Source of the DNA: Azolla caroliniana
Taxonomy: Eukaryota; Plantae; Polypodiophyta
Direction: 5' to 3'
DNA length: 64,000 nt
NCBI GenBank assembly: GCA_043228905.1
Contig: JBHGNT010000001.1
Location: 4,712,001 to 4,776,000 of the forward strand
The position numbers and the translations under genes were made by a program. Shown piece after piece: positions 25,151 through 37,811 of this stretch (within the stretch, counting starts at the first letter, position 1; every line of letters begins with the position of its first letter). Below the pieces are notes generated by a model that saw nothing but the letters and a program-made list of their open reading frames with translations, had not been told where the DNA came from and did not search any database.

Positions 25151-26436
25151 TTGATCTTAGGTCTAATTGTTGTGACGTACCATTAGTATTTTCTTGATGG
25201 TGTTGTAGATTCTTGATGGACATGAATATCATGTATCTCCTTGTGAAGTCATGCAGAAACCTGAGAATTTTATTTGGAATCTTGTTGTCTATTCAACAAA
25301 ATATATGTATTTGATGAGATTTCAGAATCCTTAGAATGTGATTGAATTCTTGTTGTAATGCATGTTTCTTTGTTGAAGAATCAACAATAACTACGTAAGT
25401 TCCTTGAACTCATTGACATGTAAACACAAGAACTACTAGACGAAATATATGATTGAATATGTTTTTTAGCTTGATATTCTTATGTTGTCAAAGGTGAACT
25501 ATTGACTGTAAGCACCACTAACAATGTTAGAAGGTCATGGAAACGTCAAACTCCTCTATTTGTAAGTCTAACCCCTAAATTATAAGGGATTCCATATAAG
25601 GTCATGGAAATGTAAGTGATTCCTTAAAAGCCAATTTGAGGTTGGAATTAGAACAAACTGTCAATAAATCATATTGGGGCATAAAACTACTACTAATTTT
25701 AATTATCATAACATTGCTTCTCAGTTATATCTATCACTGGTTGTAAAAATACTCGGGCTTATACTTATTGTAGTTTATAGCAATATCTACTATTTGCATA
25801 TACTCTTTTGACTGAGTATCATTTCAGTGTCTTAACAATTATAGAGCTATTTCTGTAAAAATTGAACAAATACAACAAGCTATACACGATAACTGTCTCA
25901 TTAAGTCAATAACATGTATTGGATAATCTAGCATAACACATTGAGCTTTACCAATGTCGTTGGGACTAGGTTTCAACAAATTTTGTTAGAATGCAATAAC
26001 CTTCTTTTGCATAAGCTTTACAATTGTTACAACAAAGTCTGAGTTTACAATCTTCTGGAGAAGTTTAAATGCATAACAATTTCATCAATACAGGATGCCA
26101 AAAAGATTAGAGCAATCTTACTCTTATTGAAGTTTCTGTACCGATCTTGTGAATTTCTGATTTACACGATTCTTGAAAACAAGAAAACTTTGGATTGCTC
26201 TCTTTTACACCCCAACAATCTAGCAATCTCGAGTAATGATTCACGTTGCCATATCTATTAGTCTTCTCTCCCATTTGGCCTTCGCAACTGATATTTTGAG
26301 ACAAAGGGCATCAGAAGGGTGAATCGAGGGTATTATTCACTTTCTGCATCTTTTCACAAGAATCGTGTAATTCATTTGCATCTTAGAATTGTCTCGAAAA
26401 TACCCGTGGTTGAGAATGTGTATCAGGAAAGGCTGA

Positions 26437-29400
26437 TTATGTACTGTAACCATAAAATTTCAGAAGGCCTTCATTTGCTCGCCAATCTTCTTTAACCTTT
26501 ACTTTAACCTGTCCACAATTGTAGAATACTTAGCATCCAATACATGTACAATATATATCCTATGTATTCTGAAAGTATTTTACCTTTTTTTTAAATATTT
26601 GGAATATGCATTCTAAATATAAACACATTAAACGTGTAGAATGAAAATAGAATATGTTTAATACTTCTTATATTTGTAATGCATTCAAGTTTTCAACAAT
26701 TGATTTTTGGCAAATTTTAATTTATTTTTATTTAAAACTTTTTCGGAAAGATCAAATACTTTTTAAATACATAGAATACATGAAACATTTTTAAATGGCA
26801 GTTCTAAAATATAGAATGCATATAATACTTCAAAGTATTCTAAAATATATTCTATACATAAAATACATGTTTTTAACAACTATAAACCTGTCACAAATAG
26901 TCCCCAATGAAACTAAGCATACACATAATAATAGTCAGATTATAATTGGTAAATGGTAGAGTAGACTGTTTGAAGTTTTCATTACCTCTAGATAGACGGC
27001 CCTGCCAACAAAATCCTCGATATCAAGCCGAGCTGCAGTTGCCAGAGTTTTCAAGGCAGCACCTTCCTACATATTCCCCAACATTAATATATAACTCAGC
27101 TTGATCCAAATGCGCTGGCAGATAGTTTGATGTGTGATGATACCAACCACAAGTTACATACAACTACAAAACTATAGCTGCTCAAGTCAGCATAATGCAG
27201 CCTTTTTTCTCTTTTAAGAAACATTAATTAATATTTCCATGACGACAAGTTTATTTTTCTTTGGCTTTAGTGATGACTAAAATAAATCACTGGAAATTTT
27301 ACATTATCATACATTAATTCATGCGTAATATACCTTTCCAATCATTATTGCTTTTTGAGACTCTTTCTCGACAACGATTTCAGCCTCCACAAAATCTTTT
27401 GCAGGTGGCGTCCTCTCAACGTATTTTAGTATGTTAACCTAAAAAAAGATGTGAAAGGAGGTAAGTCTTGAGGTAGACTGAGCATAATATAATTTTGCAA
27501 AATATTGCAATAAAAAATGCATCACACCTGAGAAACGTAAGGTATCTCCTTGTTGTATTGCAAGAATATTTTCTCCCGGATTATCTCAGATGCAAAAAAT
27601 CTCTCTGGCTGATCACTCATATGCTCCTGGAATAGTGTGCCATCAATAATCAGAAAAACAGTGTTGCAACGCACAATTGAGATGCATTATTTCTTGTTTG
27701 CAAATTTAGTTATGAACTAACACTTTGAAATCAAATTTGAAAGCTCCCCTATTTTTAGAAAAGGCACAATTTAAAACATCACTTTTGCAAACTTGGGCCT
27801 CTTAAAACAGTAGACTGCCTCTTCGTGATGCTGTGCATAACAAAAGGACTAGAAAGTTCTACAGCTAACCAAGGGGATAGCTTCTGTAGGGCATCAGGGT
27901 CTTCGATCAACTTCAGAAGTGCCAGCAGATATGACCAATGGGGCTGCAGCCATCTTAGTGCCAACAAAGAGCAGCCCAGCAAACCATTCTGGTATCATTC
28001 TCCACATACGGGCAGAGTCATATGCATGCTCACATGTCAGTAATGACTTTCTTCTTGCCCTGATGGAAATGAACCACCCCAAGAAGAGTTACCAATGCAA
28101 GATTGCACCCTATCTAACCAGCATTCAAGAAGCAATATTTTGACCACTAATCATCACCATGCGCTGAGAAGACTGATTAGCACATCAACATTGTGAAGAG
28201 CCCATTTTCACCAAATTTCCCTTGTCTGTCTTGGGAGACCCTATCATAGGCATTCAAAATCGAGTAAAATTGTAAATCTTTGTTGAATGTTCTATCACAT
28301 TCACTTGGTGGCCTTCAAAGCATGTTAAAAAACATTTCCCATGAAGCTCCTATTGGGGGATGATAAGTAGAAGTAATCACCAGATATAGTAATTTGTGAT
28401 TGAATGGCAAGCAACTTATTCATTCAATAATGTGAGTTTTGCCATTGTTCTCACATCAACACATATACAGTATTATTACGCAATCACTATAAGCAAGCCC
28501 ACATGAATCATTTCCTTCTAACAGAGGCACCTTTAAATATGGAGTCCCAGGTCATTTAGCAAGTTATTTGTGTATAATGCACTCCCTTCTCTCTCATGTA
28601 CAATATTTCAATATCCCAATCCTCCGGCTCTATGGCTATTAAACAATGACGAAATGACATATATAACTGATATATTTAAACTGTACACTATATTGAAGTG
28701 TCAAAATTTACATGCACATATGTTTAAAAGTAAAACGTAAAGAAAATAGGGTTCACTTTTGGGTAGTAAGGTGGTCCAACAGGTAGTTTTGAGACAATCC
28801 AGTCCTTCAGCTCATCAATACCATGTCCAAATTTTGCACTCACTGCAATAACTTCTTCAATACCACTAAACTGTTCATACCACTGTAGCAAATCACAATA
28901 ATCATCAACATCAGCCGGCATGAAAATTGAACTCAAATTTTTTTGGAACTAATATCACAGAGAAGCCATCTTCATCTGAATAAATTGTATGACCTGAATT
29001 CTTTTAGCAATTTCACCGGGTTTGATTAAGTCTCTCTTATTCAAAACCAAGAGACTTGGCCTTCTTTGAACAATATTCTGAGCACCATCCTCTAGTAGGT
29101 CAATGACCTGCAAGAACCATTGTATCAAGACATAAAGGCGTTATGAAACAATGTGCCCAGACAAGAAACATGTCCACATATTATGTGCATGTTTGTCTGT
29201 GTTAACTTGCATGCATCCATACACATACATACATACATGTACCTCCATAAGAACAATAAAAAACAGAGAAAAATCAACCAAACAAAAGCACAAAAGCTAC
29301 AACTTCATTATTCAGCTTTGGATTAAGTGCATGCAAAGAAAAGATCGACACCAGATTCTAAACATTCATATACATCATGTATTAAAAATAAATGGTAGCT

Positions 29401-31377
29401 GCGAGAAAAAATAACAATATAAGAAACATATTGCTGCGTATATTAAAAGGAAAAATGATAAATGACCTTCTGAGGAGCTTCCATAGCATCCACTATAACA
29501 AGTACACAATCAGCATTTAATGCCGCAGTTCGTACATTCTGCATCATCATTTCATCCAGCTTATTCATTTTCTTCACAATCACGCCAGGTGTGTCATAGA
29601 AGATTATCTGTTACCAAACAAGCAGGGATAAAAAATATTTATAGACCAAATACGATTTCACTAATGCACTGCTTAACAATATTTCAGAAGGGGTAGTACG
29701 CACTCATAAATTTATACATAAATAATTAATTAAACTGAATCTCTGAAAATATGATAATATTGAAGTGTTCTCTTCCCCATAGAAGTGGGAAAGTAAACCA
29801 AGGTGAGGAGTTCTTGTAACAAAGCAACCGTTTTTTGCCCAATAGAAGCTCAAATGATTTCACATAAACCAGATTTGTATAGTAATTCCAACTGGACTCC
29901 AATATCATTATCAAGGTGCAACAATGAAATAGAATAAAACCATGCAGTATCATTTTCACACCATGATGAATTAAGGAAAAAAATATCATTGCATAAATAT
30001 TTACCATAAGTCCTACACACAATGTAAGACAACCTAAAAGGCAGTAGTCCATTGAGCAACTACTAAGACATACATATAAATAAGATTATCTAGTAGTGAT
30101 AGTATTTACACACCTGATAGTTGTTTTCAGAACAGATGCCAAGTATTCGTTGTCGTGTTGTTTGCGGCTTGTTGGTAACAATAGATAGTTTCTGGCCAAT
30201 TATTTGATTCATAAGGGTGCTTTTCCCAACATTGGGTTTTCCAATCAAAGCAACATAACCTGTAATATGAGAGTGCATTTATCTTTCAAGATATGCTATC
30301 ATGTTCCAAGCTCAGAATATAAAGTGGAATGATTAATATAATTAAACCCAAAAGATAAAAGTAAACATATTTGAACACATAATAAACCATAGATCCTAAT
30401 GAGTGGATAGCCCAAACCTAAAATAAGATAAAAAATAAAGCAGATTGCAAAAAAATTAAAACAAAGTAAATGAAGCGGAGCACATAGAAAAACAGAGGCT
30501 AAAACCTTAAAATACAAGGCATTGAGGGTAAAGAAAGATGCTGATGAACTAACATGCATAGGTGCTGAACATGACCCAACACTTACTTTTTTATAGTCAA
30601 ACTCAAGGCCTGTTGGTTGGTTACTTATCGGATGATTGACCAACAAAGGGAGAATTACTAGGGGAAAACTACAATGTGAAGACCTCACCATACTGTCATC
30701 ACCTCTTGACAACTGGACCTATTTTGCCTCTGGTCAAGCAGCACTTTCTTCAAACAAAGCACTAAATTGATTATGGGCCCACTACAGACATAGAGAGAGA
30801 GAGAGAGAGAGAAAGAAAGATATATTAACATCTTCTAAGACCAAAATTGGCCCATGAGACAATTGGTTTACAACAAAAATGGGGTATTTACCCATTCATC
30901 AAAAGTAAAACTAAAAATAAAATAAAAATAAAATAGCGCGAGCACCCAGTTTAGAGAGAGAGAGAGAGACCAACCGCTCCGATGATTGGGATCAAAGGTA
31001 GTTAGAGACGAGAAACGGTCCCCTTCCCCTATGCTCCGTTTCTCTTGTGTTACCGGATTCCTCCTCTCGTCTTGCAATTGCCTCACTGGCTTCTCATTCA
31101 GAACAAAAACAGGGGGGGGCCTGCGTAAAATAGGCCTTTCCGAGGAAGTATTCGTCGTCGTCGTTGTTGATGATGATGATGATGATGATGATTCATCAGT
31201 GGACGGCGAAGATGGGGTGGAGGAAGAGATTGTAATGATCGACCTGCTGCTGCTCCTCCTTCTTTTAGGGTTCCAAGAGACAAGGATACTACTTCTACTG
31301 CCATGACTAAAGCTGGTGCTGCTGTGGAAGGCAGAGGGAAAGATGGGGTGAAGAAACAGAGTCTCTGATGATGCCAT
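26437..31377 (-). CDS. ERA: GTPase Era, probably plastid-targeted; 9 exons (approx. 31377-30976, 30260-30114, 29607-29466, 29107-28993, 28883-28757, 27627-27528, 27438-27333, 27066-26986, 26508-26437)
   Basis: Ser/Arg-rich transit-peptide-like N-terminus. G1 [10 protein letters not shown]2 KPQTTR, G3 DTPG, G4 NKRD, G5 VSAKFG. KH region GPPYYPK...[22 protein letters not shown]...[16 protein letters not shown]|[10 protein letters not shown]. Confidence 0.93.
26514..26884. mobile_element. MITE / hAT-like insertion (371 bp) at the last Era splice acceptor
   Basis: Exact 8-bp direct repeat AACCTGTC at 26506-26513 and 26885-26892. Degenerate termini CACAATTGTA...AACAACTATA resemble those of the 11768-12875 element. 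Internal AATAC/GTATT motifs. Confidence 0.65.
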
Positions 31378-34300
31378 GGTGGCTTAACAGAACCCTGAAA
31401 AAAAGAAGAAGCAAAAAAACCTCTTCTCACTACTTCATCACTTCACAGTCTCTCTCTGTTCTCACTCTGCGTTTTATCTAAATCTTTTTGTAACCATAGT
31501 ACGTAATATACTCGAATGCATTGGCAAACATTCTTTTTCATACGAATGAAAACGTATGTTTGTTTTTTACACTAACTTTCTTACCTGGAAAAAACAATTT
31601 ACCTTATAATAAAAATACTGAATACAAAAGTATGGTACCATTATCCATACTTCTACTGTGTTTATCATACTCGAATGCGCGTATGGTACGTATGGTTCAC
31701 ACTATGTAAATTTTGTTGATCTCCTATGTTCTTCTTACTTTAGGAAAATATCAAAAATACCCCTGCCTTCATTCTCACTTTTATCTAGGCCAAACAAAGC
31801 TTCTTTTTCTTTTTACTTCAAGAGAATTTATTGGGGTTCTATTGATTCTTAGGCTGAATCAAATAAAGCATCATAAATCAATCCATCTTGACATAAACCA
31901 ATCAGTAAATCATGTCACTCATCGAGACCATTGATGTGAAATGTGTTATATAGTGGTGTGTGCACGTAACTGCCAACATGCTCAAACGTTTGGTCTTTAC
32001 ACCATTCAAAATCCCTCTTGAAAGGGGCCATGTAGGTAAATAAGCATCTAGATGGTAGAAGTGCTCATAAAACCAAGTGTTATGTTGAAAAACAACCATG
32101 ATAGCATTGTTCATAATTTGGACACAATAAAAACTCTAGGTTGCAATAGGTAAGGAACATCAAAGTGGAAGGTAGCAATGATTCATGCATTAAAGATTGA
32201 GATGAATCAATCATTTCATTAATTATGTTCGAATTATCCATGCCTGCTTCTATTAAACCTATGGTTTTATATCATAATTGGCTTTAATTTAAGTGAGCAT
32301 ACAATGTGTAATCCATGTCCTATTAATCAGAGTAAATAAATAAAGCTCACAAATAACCCAATTGATCACGAGTCATCCAACACAATGAAACTACAAACAA
32401 GAAAAACAATAGACTTGTGAATAACTCATTTGTAAGAGGGCGGTGTTAGTGATTTATAGACAATCATATTCAATCACTATTTGTTATAGATTAGTTAGCT
32501 CGATAAGGAGAAATGCTTTTGATGACTTTGGACAAATGAGTTTGTTTTTTTGTTTTCTAGAGTTTTGTGGTGATTTGTTTTGCAACAAGGTTGGTCCATT
32601 TTGGAGGGAAGGGTCCAAGTTAACATGGAACATATAATGCAAAAAATGGCACACTTTTTAGGATGGCATCTACTATCACAAAACATACAGTTAAAAAAGT
32701 AAACATTGACAATAATAGCATGTATTAATGTAGATCATTCCCTCAAAAAACTATAGAAGATAATAAAACTTAGCTCCGAAAGCTAAAATAAATAGTTGTT
32801 CAAATAAGTCAACTTAAGCAAATCCATTTGTAATAGGTCGAACAATTGATTGAATTCATGAAACACCTATTTGTTATATGTTTGTATATTCAAGGGCATT
32901 TCAAGCAAAATCGATCACCCATACAAACTACTCCTTAAAATGATGAATATATAGCATAAACATGAAAGCTACAACACAATCTCGAGTGTAAAGCATTATG
33001 ACAATTTGATAGACGGTGCAAATTAAATGATTCTAACATTGAAATACACAATGCCTACACAACCAATTGCAACCGTCGAAAGTGTAGAATGTTTTGGGTG
33101 GCTCTTTTGAGTTGCTTCTTCACCTACTCATTTCTAGGGCTAAAGATACTCGTCTTATATTGCTTTCCCTTCCATTAATCCTTATTATTTACGTTAGGAC
33201 AAGGTCAAACCTTTACATGCATAACCTCAACTTTGCATCGAGCATGGTTGGTATGAACATAAGAAGCATTGAGATTTGTCATGTTTATTTGCATTAACTT
33301 GTTTAGTTAAGCAAAATACATAAGTCTTGGATTGTCTCTTTGTTTTCTTTAATGACACGTGATGGTAAAAGAGGTTAAGTGAGAGGTTTGTCTTAGTTAG
33401 CTACGCCTTACCTTGTCTTGCCAATAATAGGGTGTAGACACACTTGTGCCCCTTTCGCAATGACGCAACTAGGAAATACATGTATTATGGTCAAGAAGGA
33501 ACACTTGAGTCACTTCACATTTACATTTCATTTAACAAAAGGTATACATCATTGGACGGTTGTGTTAGTAGCATCCCGTGACAATCGTGAGAAAGTTACT
33601 TAAAAGTGCAGGAATCTAGGGCGGTTGTCTCGCTTGTGTCTCACTGAATAGTGCAACTCCAACTCAAAGCACACTATTGTTTGTCATGTTGTTAATCATC
33701 ATCCAATGGAAAATTCAAGCTATACAAGGGGTTGTGTCCAAACAATATCTACAAAAGCTCCTCTCTCTCTCTCTCTCTCTCTCATACATTCACTTTTTGG
33801 CGTACCATTATAATAGTGGTGATGTGAAAACCCACAAAGAATATTTACAGCATAATTATTATATTAGAAACATGCCCACCAATCTCATGAGAGAGATGGA
33901 AAAGATAAAGAAAAGCAAATCATTGAAATAGAGGATCCTTAGGAAGCAATCAATTCTTCTACACCCCTTTTGACTTCTTGTTTCCACTAAACACAATGAT
34001 TTTTTGTATACACCCCATGAAAAGCAATCCAACCATGTCTAGAAACTTATTTGGCTGGGTTGATTCTGGAGGAACAAACTAGGAGCTGAAAATGTATGCT
34101 GTTCTGCCTATACTTGTCTTCACTTGGTCTTATATCTTCTTCACCAAACAAATTGCATGTAGCAAAATGACGGCACTATTTTGGAATAACACTTCAAATG
34201 CAAATAATGTCAGAAGCATCACTCTATCCGAATGCAAAGACAAGTTCGGATAGATAAGGTGTCGGAATGTTAACGAATTATAGATCACATTCTATCCTTT

Positions 34301-34964
34301 GAACTAACCTCCAATAAAAATTCAAAATTCTAACTAGGATTACAACCTTGAACAACTGCAGAATGCAAAGCATTATCTACAATTAAAAAATGAACAAAAA
34401 AATATCAACAATTAGGGAAGGCCACTCTTCATTTCTGTCAATTTCGGTCAAGAAAATTACACAAATGTAGACTGGCAACAAGTTCCAATCATTATGGCAA
34501 AAATGCCAAAAATTACTGGTTCTTTAGATGGAAACAATCCAATTCACAGTGCATCTATGCTGAGTGTTCTTGTAACCTAGACCAGGAGCAAAGTAAAGAG
34601 CCTGCATGCAAGCATAGCTCGTTTAGAAACAAGCACATTCTTGTGCAGTTACAGTCAACCCCACAGTATTTTGTATGTCTCTTAGAATGATATGCTGCAG
34701 TATAACTTTCTTCTTGCCTATTTATTTATGGAGGCGAAGAGGTAGGTCGAATAATTCAGCTTGTTATCCCACCATACCTCTGATCTGAGTCATGCTACAA
34801 AGTGTTAATTCAAAATGGCTATGGCGGTTCTTCCTTTCAGCCCAAATATTTATTCATGAATTATAATATGACTGACAATCTTTATTGTGAACAATCAAAA
34901 GAATCAAATGCACAATATATATTCCATGATGCATTGTTCCAGAAGTCTTGCCACCAAAGGCCAT

Positions 34965-35226
34965 ATTCAGGGTTCAGGACCTGGTCATGCTTTTGGTTTG
35001 GGTTAGGGATTGGGGGGGCCTACACTTAACCATTTAGTTTAAGGGTTTAGATAGCCCTATACTATGCCCTTCAGGGTTATGGTTTAGGGGGCCTATACTA
35101 AACCCTTTGAAGTTAGAATATAGGGAGCCTATAGTAAACTGTTTAGGGTTAGGTTTGAGGTAGCCTATACATCTTAGGATTAGTACAATGTCAGGGTTTA
35201 TTGAGTGTATCAAAACCTTTAGGGTC
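34965..35226. repeat. ~36-bp degenerate minisatellite containing telomere-like TTTAGGG units
   Basis: GCCTATAC-like motif recurs at ~35018, 35054, 35091, 35127 and 35163, interleaved with TTAGGG/TCAGGG/TTTAGGG. Confidence 0.65.
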
Positions 35227-35237
35227 AGCATTTTGGA

Positions 35238-35978
35238 TTAGGAGCCATGGAAGGAGGAGAACCATTGGATGAGCTCATCAACGAGCTCATGCTCTCGCCT
35301 CTGATACCGCATTGAAAGATCTTCCGAGACAAGTGAGGATCGGCAAAGCGGGCATGTGGATTGCTGCTGATCCAACCACTTTGCCATGCAAGACTGGTGA
35401 AAGATATGATCACACCGTGGCAATATGTAAATGGGATCACCACGGATGAAATCTGATAGGCAAATCGCACACTGTGTTTCTCTATGAGGGTTTGTTAACA
35501 CATCCCGATTTGAGTTCGTTTCCTTAGTGGAACAGGATCCATCATTAAGGTTTCCTTCGATATCATGGTTGGGCTCAAGTTTTCCTTCATCACCCTGATA
35601 AAAGATAGGATTTTCCACCTCATTTGGATTATGGTTTCCCTCCTCATCATCGTCAGATGAGAAGCTTCCATAGCTTGAGCAGAGGAGAGATGAACGGATC
35701 TCATCCCAGAGCGAAGGAGAAAGCTGAGGAGAACCAGACGCGCCTGAATGGAATTCACCCGAAATTGAGAGGTGGACGGTGTCTGAATTCGCCATATCTG
35801 CAGAAGAATCAGAAGATGATGGGTTGGCCATGTTCTCTTCAGGAACAGAGCCTACGAATAACTTCATGGACCATCGCCATAGATCCTTGAAAAGCGATAT
35901 GGATATGGAAAGATCGGTGTGTATGAGTAGAAGAAGAAACAGACAAATAGAAGGGTTGGACAGGCCAGAGAAACCCAT
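35238..35978 (-). CDS. RING-H2 (C3H2C3) E3 ubiquitin ligase, intronless, 246 aa
   Basis: N-terminal hydrophobic segment. CAICLSDF...LPRCDHIFHQSCMAKWLDQQQSTCPLCRS carries all eight metal ligands; RHA2/XERICO-like architecture. Confidence 0.9.
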   Translation of the reverse strand: MGFSGLSNPSICLFLLLLIHTDLSISISLFKDLWRWSMKLFVGSVPEENMANPSSSDSSADMANSDTVHLSISGEFHSGASGSPQLSPSLWDEIRSSLLCSSYGSFSSDDDEEGNHNPNEVENPIFYQGDEGKLEPNHDIEGNLNDGSCSTKETNSNRDVLTNPHRETQCAICLSDFIRGDPIYILPRCDHIFHQSCMAKWLDQQQSTCPLCRSSLVSEDLSMRYQRREHELVDELIQWFSSFHGS

Positions 35979-37811
35979 CTCTCGCTCTATCTTTTCTTTC
36001 TTTCTTTCTCCGAGCTACGTCATAAATCAATCCATCGCTTCTTCTTCTTCTTCTTCTTCTTCTTCTTCTTCTGCTTCTGATTCTGCTTCTGCTTCCTCTT
36101 CGTCTCTGATTTCCCTGATTTCTTCTTGGTTCCTTTTTAACCTGAGTTTTCCCTTTATTTCACCGATGCCCCTCAGCTGGAAATGTAAATATTTGAAGAA
36201 ATGCCCCCACTTCTTGGTGAGCTCTTGACATGGCCAATCCATCTATCCCTTGCTCTCTGCATCTCAATTTATATGTACATATTATATACATTAGCTCAAC
36301 TCATTCCTCCCTTGTTGCCCCATCATTCCTAAAATGCCACGCCTGGTTACCGAAATCTGACATAATTTCAAGAGTTTTTTTGTAACCTAGTTTTCACGGA
36401 CTAGATTCTCGTATTGAAGAGAACTATCAGAGTTTTTTTCCGCTTTGGCGACCACACTTTTTATATCGAAGGTGTTATACTAGGTCAAAAGTATATACCA
36501 TAGGATGCTCCATGCTCCTTTCCAATTAATAGCAAACATTGTCAATAAATCCACAATAAGCAATTTTGAACTTCAGCATTAGAATAGCCACTTCGTCTCT
36601 CATCAATGTGAAAGATACCTCTACTTACATTTAGCCTTGAGTTGAAAACATGGTCCTATGACTTTTTTGTTTAGCTAGTAATAGAATAGTGGCAAAATCA
36701 TGATCAAAAGTGTTTCTTTGAGTGAGTTTATTGTATCATTATTGAGACTTATGGTTTCCATGACCATGTGAGTATTCTTACAATGCATGGAATCCATAGC
36801 CCAACCAATGTGTCTCCAAGACTTTGACTAATCACCACCATATCTTGTGGATTCCATGTAAAGTCTAGTTTCTTAAAGAGAATGTGTGTATGAATGTGCA
36901 CCTATTATGTGTGTCAATGTCGCTTACAACATATTAAACCCACATTTGGTACATCATGCAAAAACAATCAATTGGTGAGTTCATTTCATTTTTAAATCCA
37001 TGTATAGTGAAAACCTTGAATCAACACTTGAGTAAGCCCTTCCCTAGGTTTTCTTATGAACATTATGATAAAAAGGCTCAATAACATACGACCGAAATAT
37101 ACTAGTCTACCCATTGAGTGAAAGCGACATTTGCAGAATTTCATCCATAGAAACATGTATTGTCAATTCAATACATTGTCAAATACATCGATTGCTAGTT
37201 ACAAATACCACTCCAATTTATGACCTATTAAGCATGATGACCACTTTTCACAATATTCAATATGTTCTCCATGGCCAAGTAAACTTCAATTGATAAATTG
37301 CCGAACATATATATGATAACCTCTCGACTTGCATTGAGTATATTTGAGGGGATATGTAACACAGAATAATAGCCCTTACTTATATAGTAGTCGCAAGTTA
37401 AGCACCATATTGGAAAGTTGAAGAAGATCAAAAGCTTCTTAAAATGTCCCCTTTCTTTCATGATCACGGTAATCACTAGCACGAGGTTTTGCTTGGCATG
37501 CCAAATGATGTCAAAGGTTGAATTTTTTATTTGTGCCTATTCCAACTCATTGATTTTTTTTTCCAAGAATTGTTTAATTTGATTCACTTAAATTATTGTC
37601 CAATGGAGAATGCAACAATGTGACGAAAATCAATTGTAATTGTAAATGTTTAAATAAGCAATACAGATTTCAACATACAACCTAATATTATTTTTCCTTG
37701 AGCGACTAAGGCATTGAGAATTTATTTTTACTTTTACACCTGCATGTCGCAACCTGTTTTTTTATCGTATAATCTAGGATCCTATGTTACAGTTAAATCG
37801 AGATTTTTCAA

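Noticed and set aside
25736-25843. Small element with TGGTTGT...AACAATTATA ends like the 11.8-kb family
   Set aside because: The flanks do not form a convincing 8-bp TSD.
27700-28500. GC-richer block in an Era intron with several short ORFs (possible LINE remnant or nested gene)
   Set aside because: No diagnostic motif readable; the ORFs are short and mutually overlapping.
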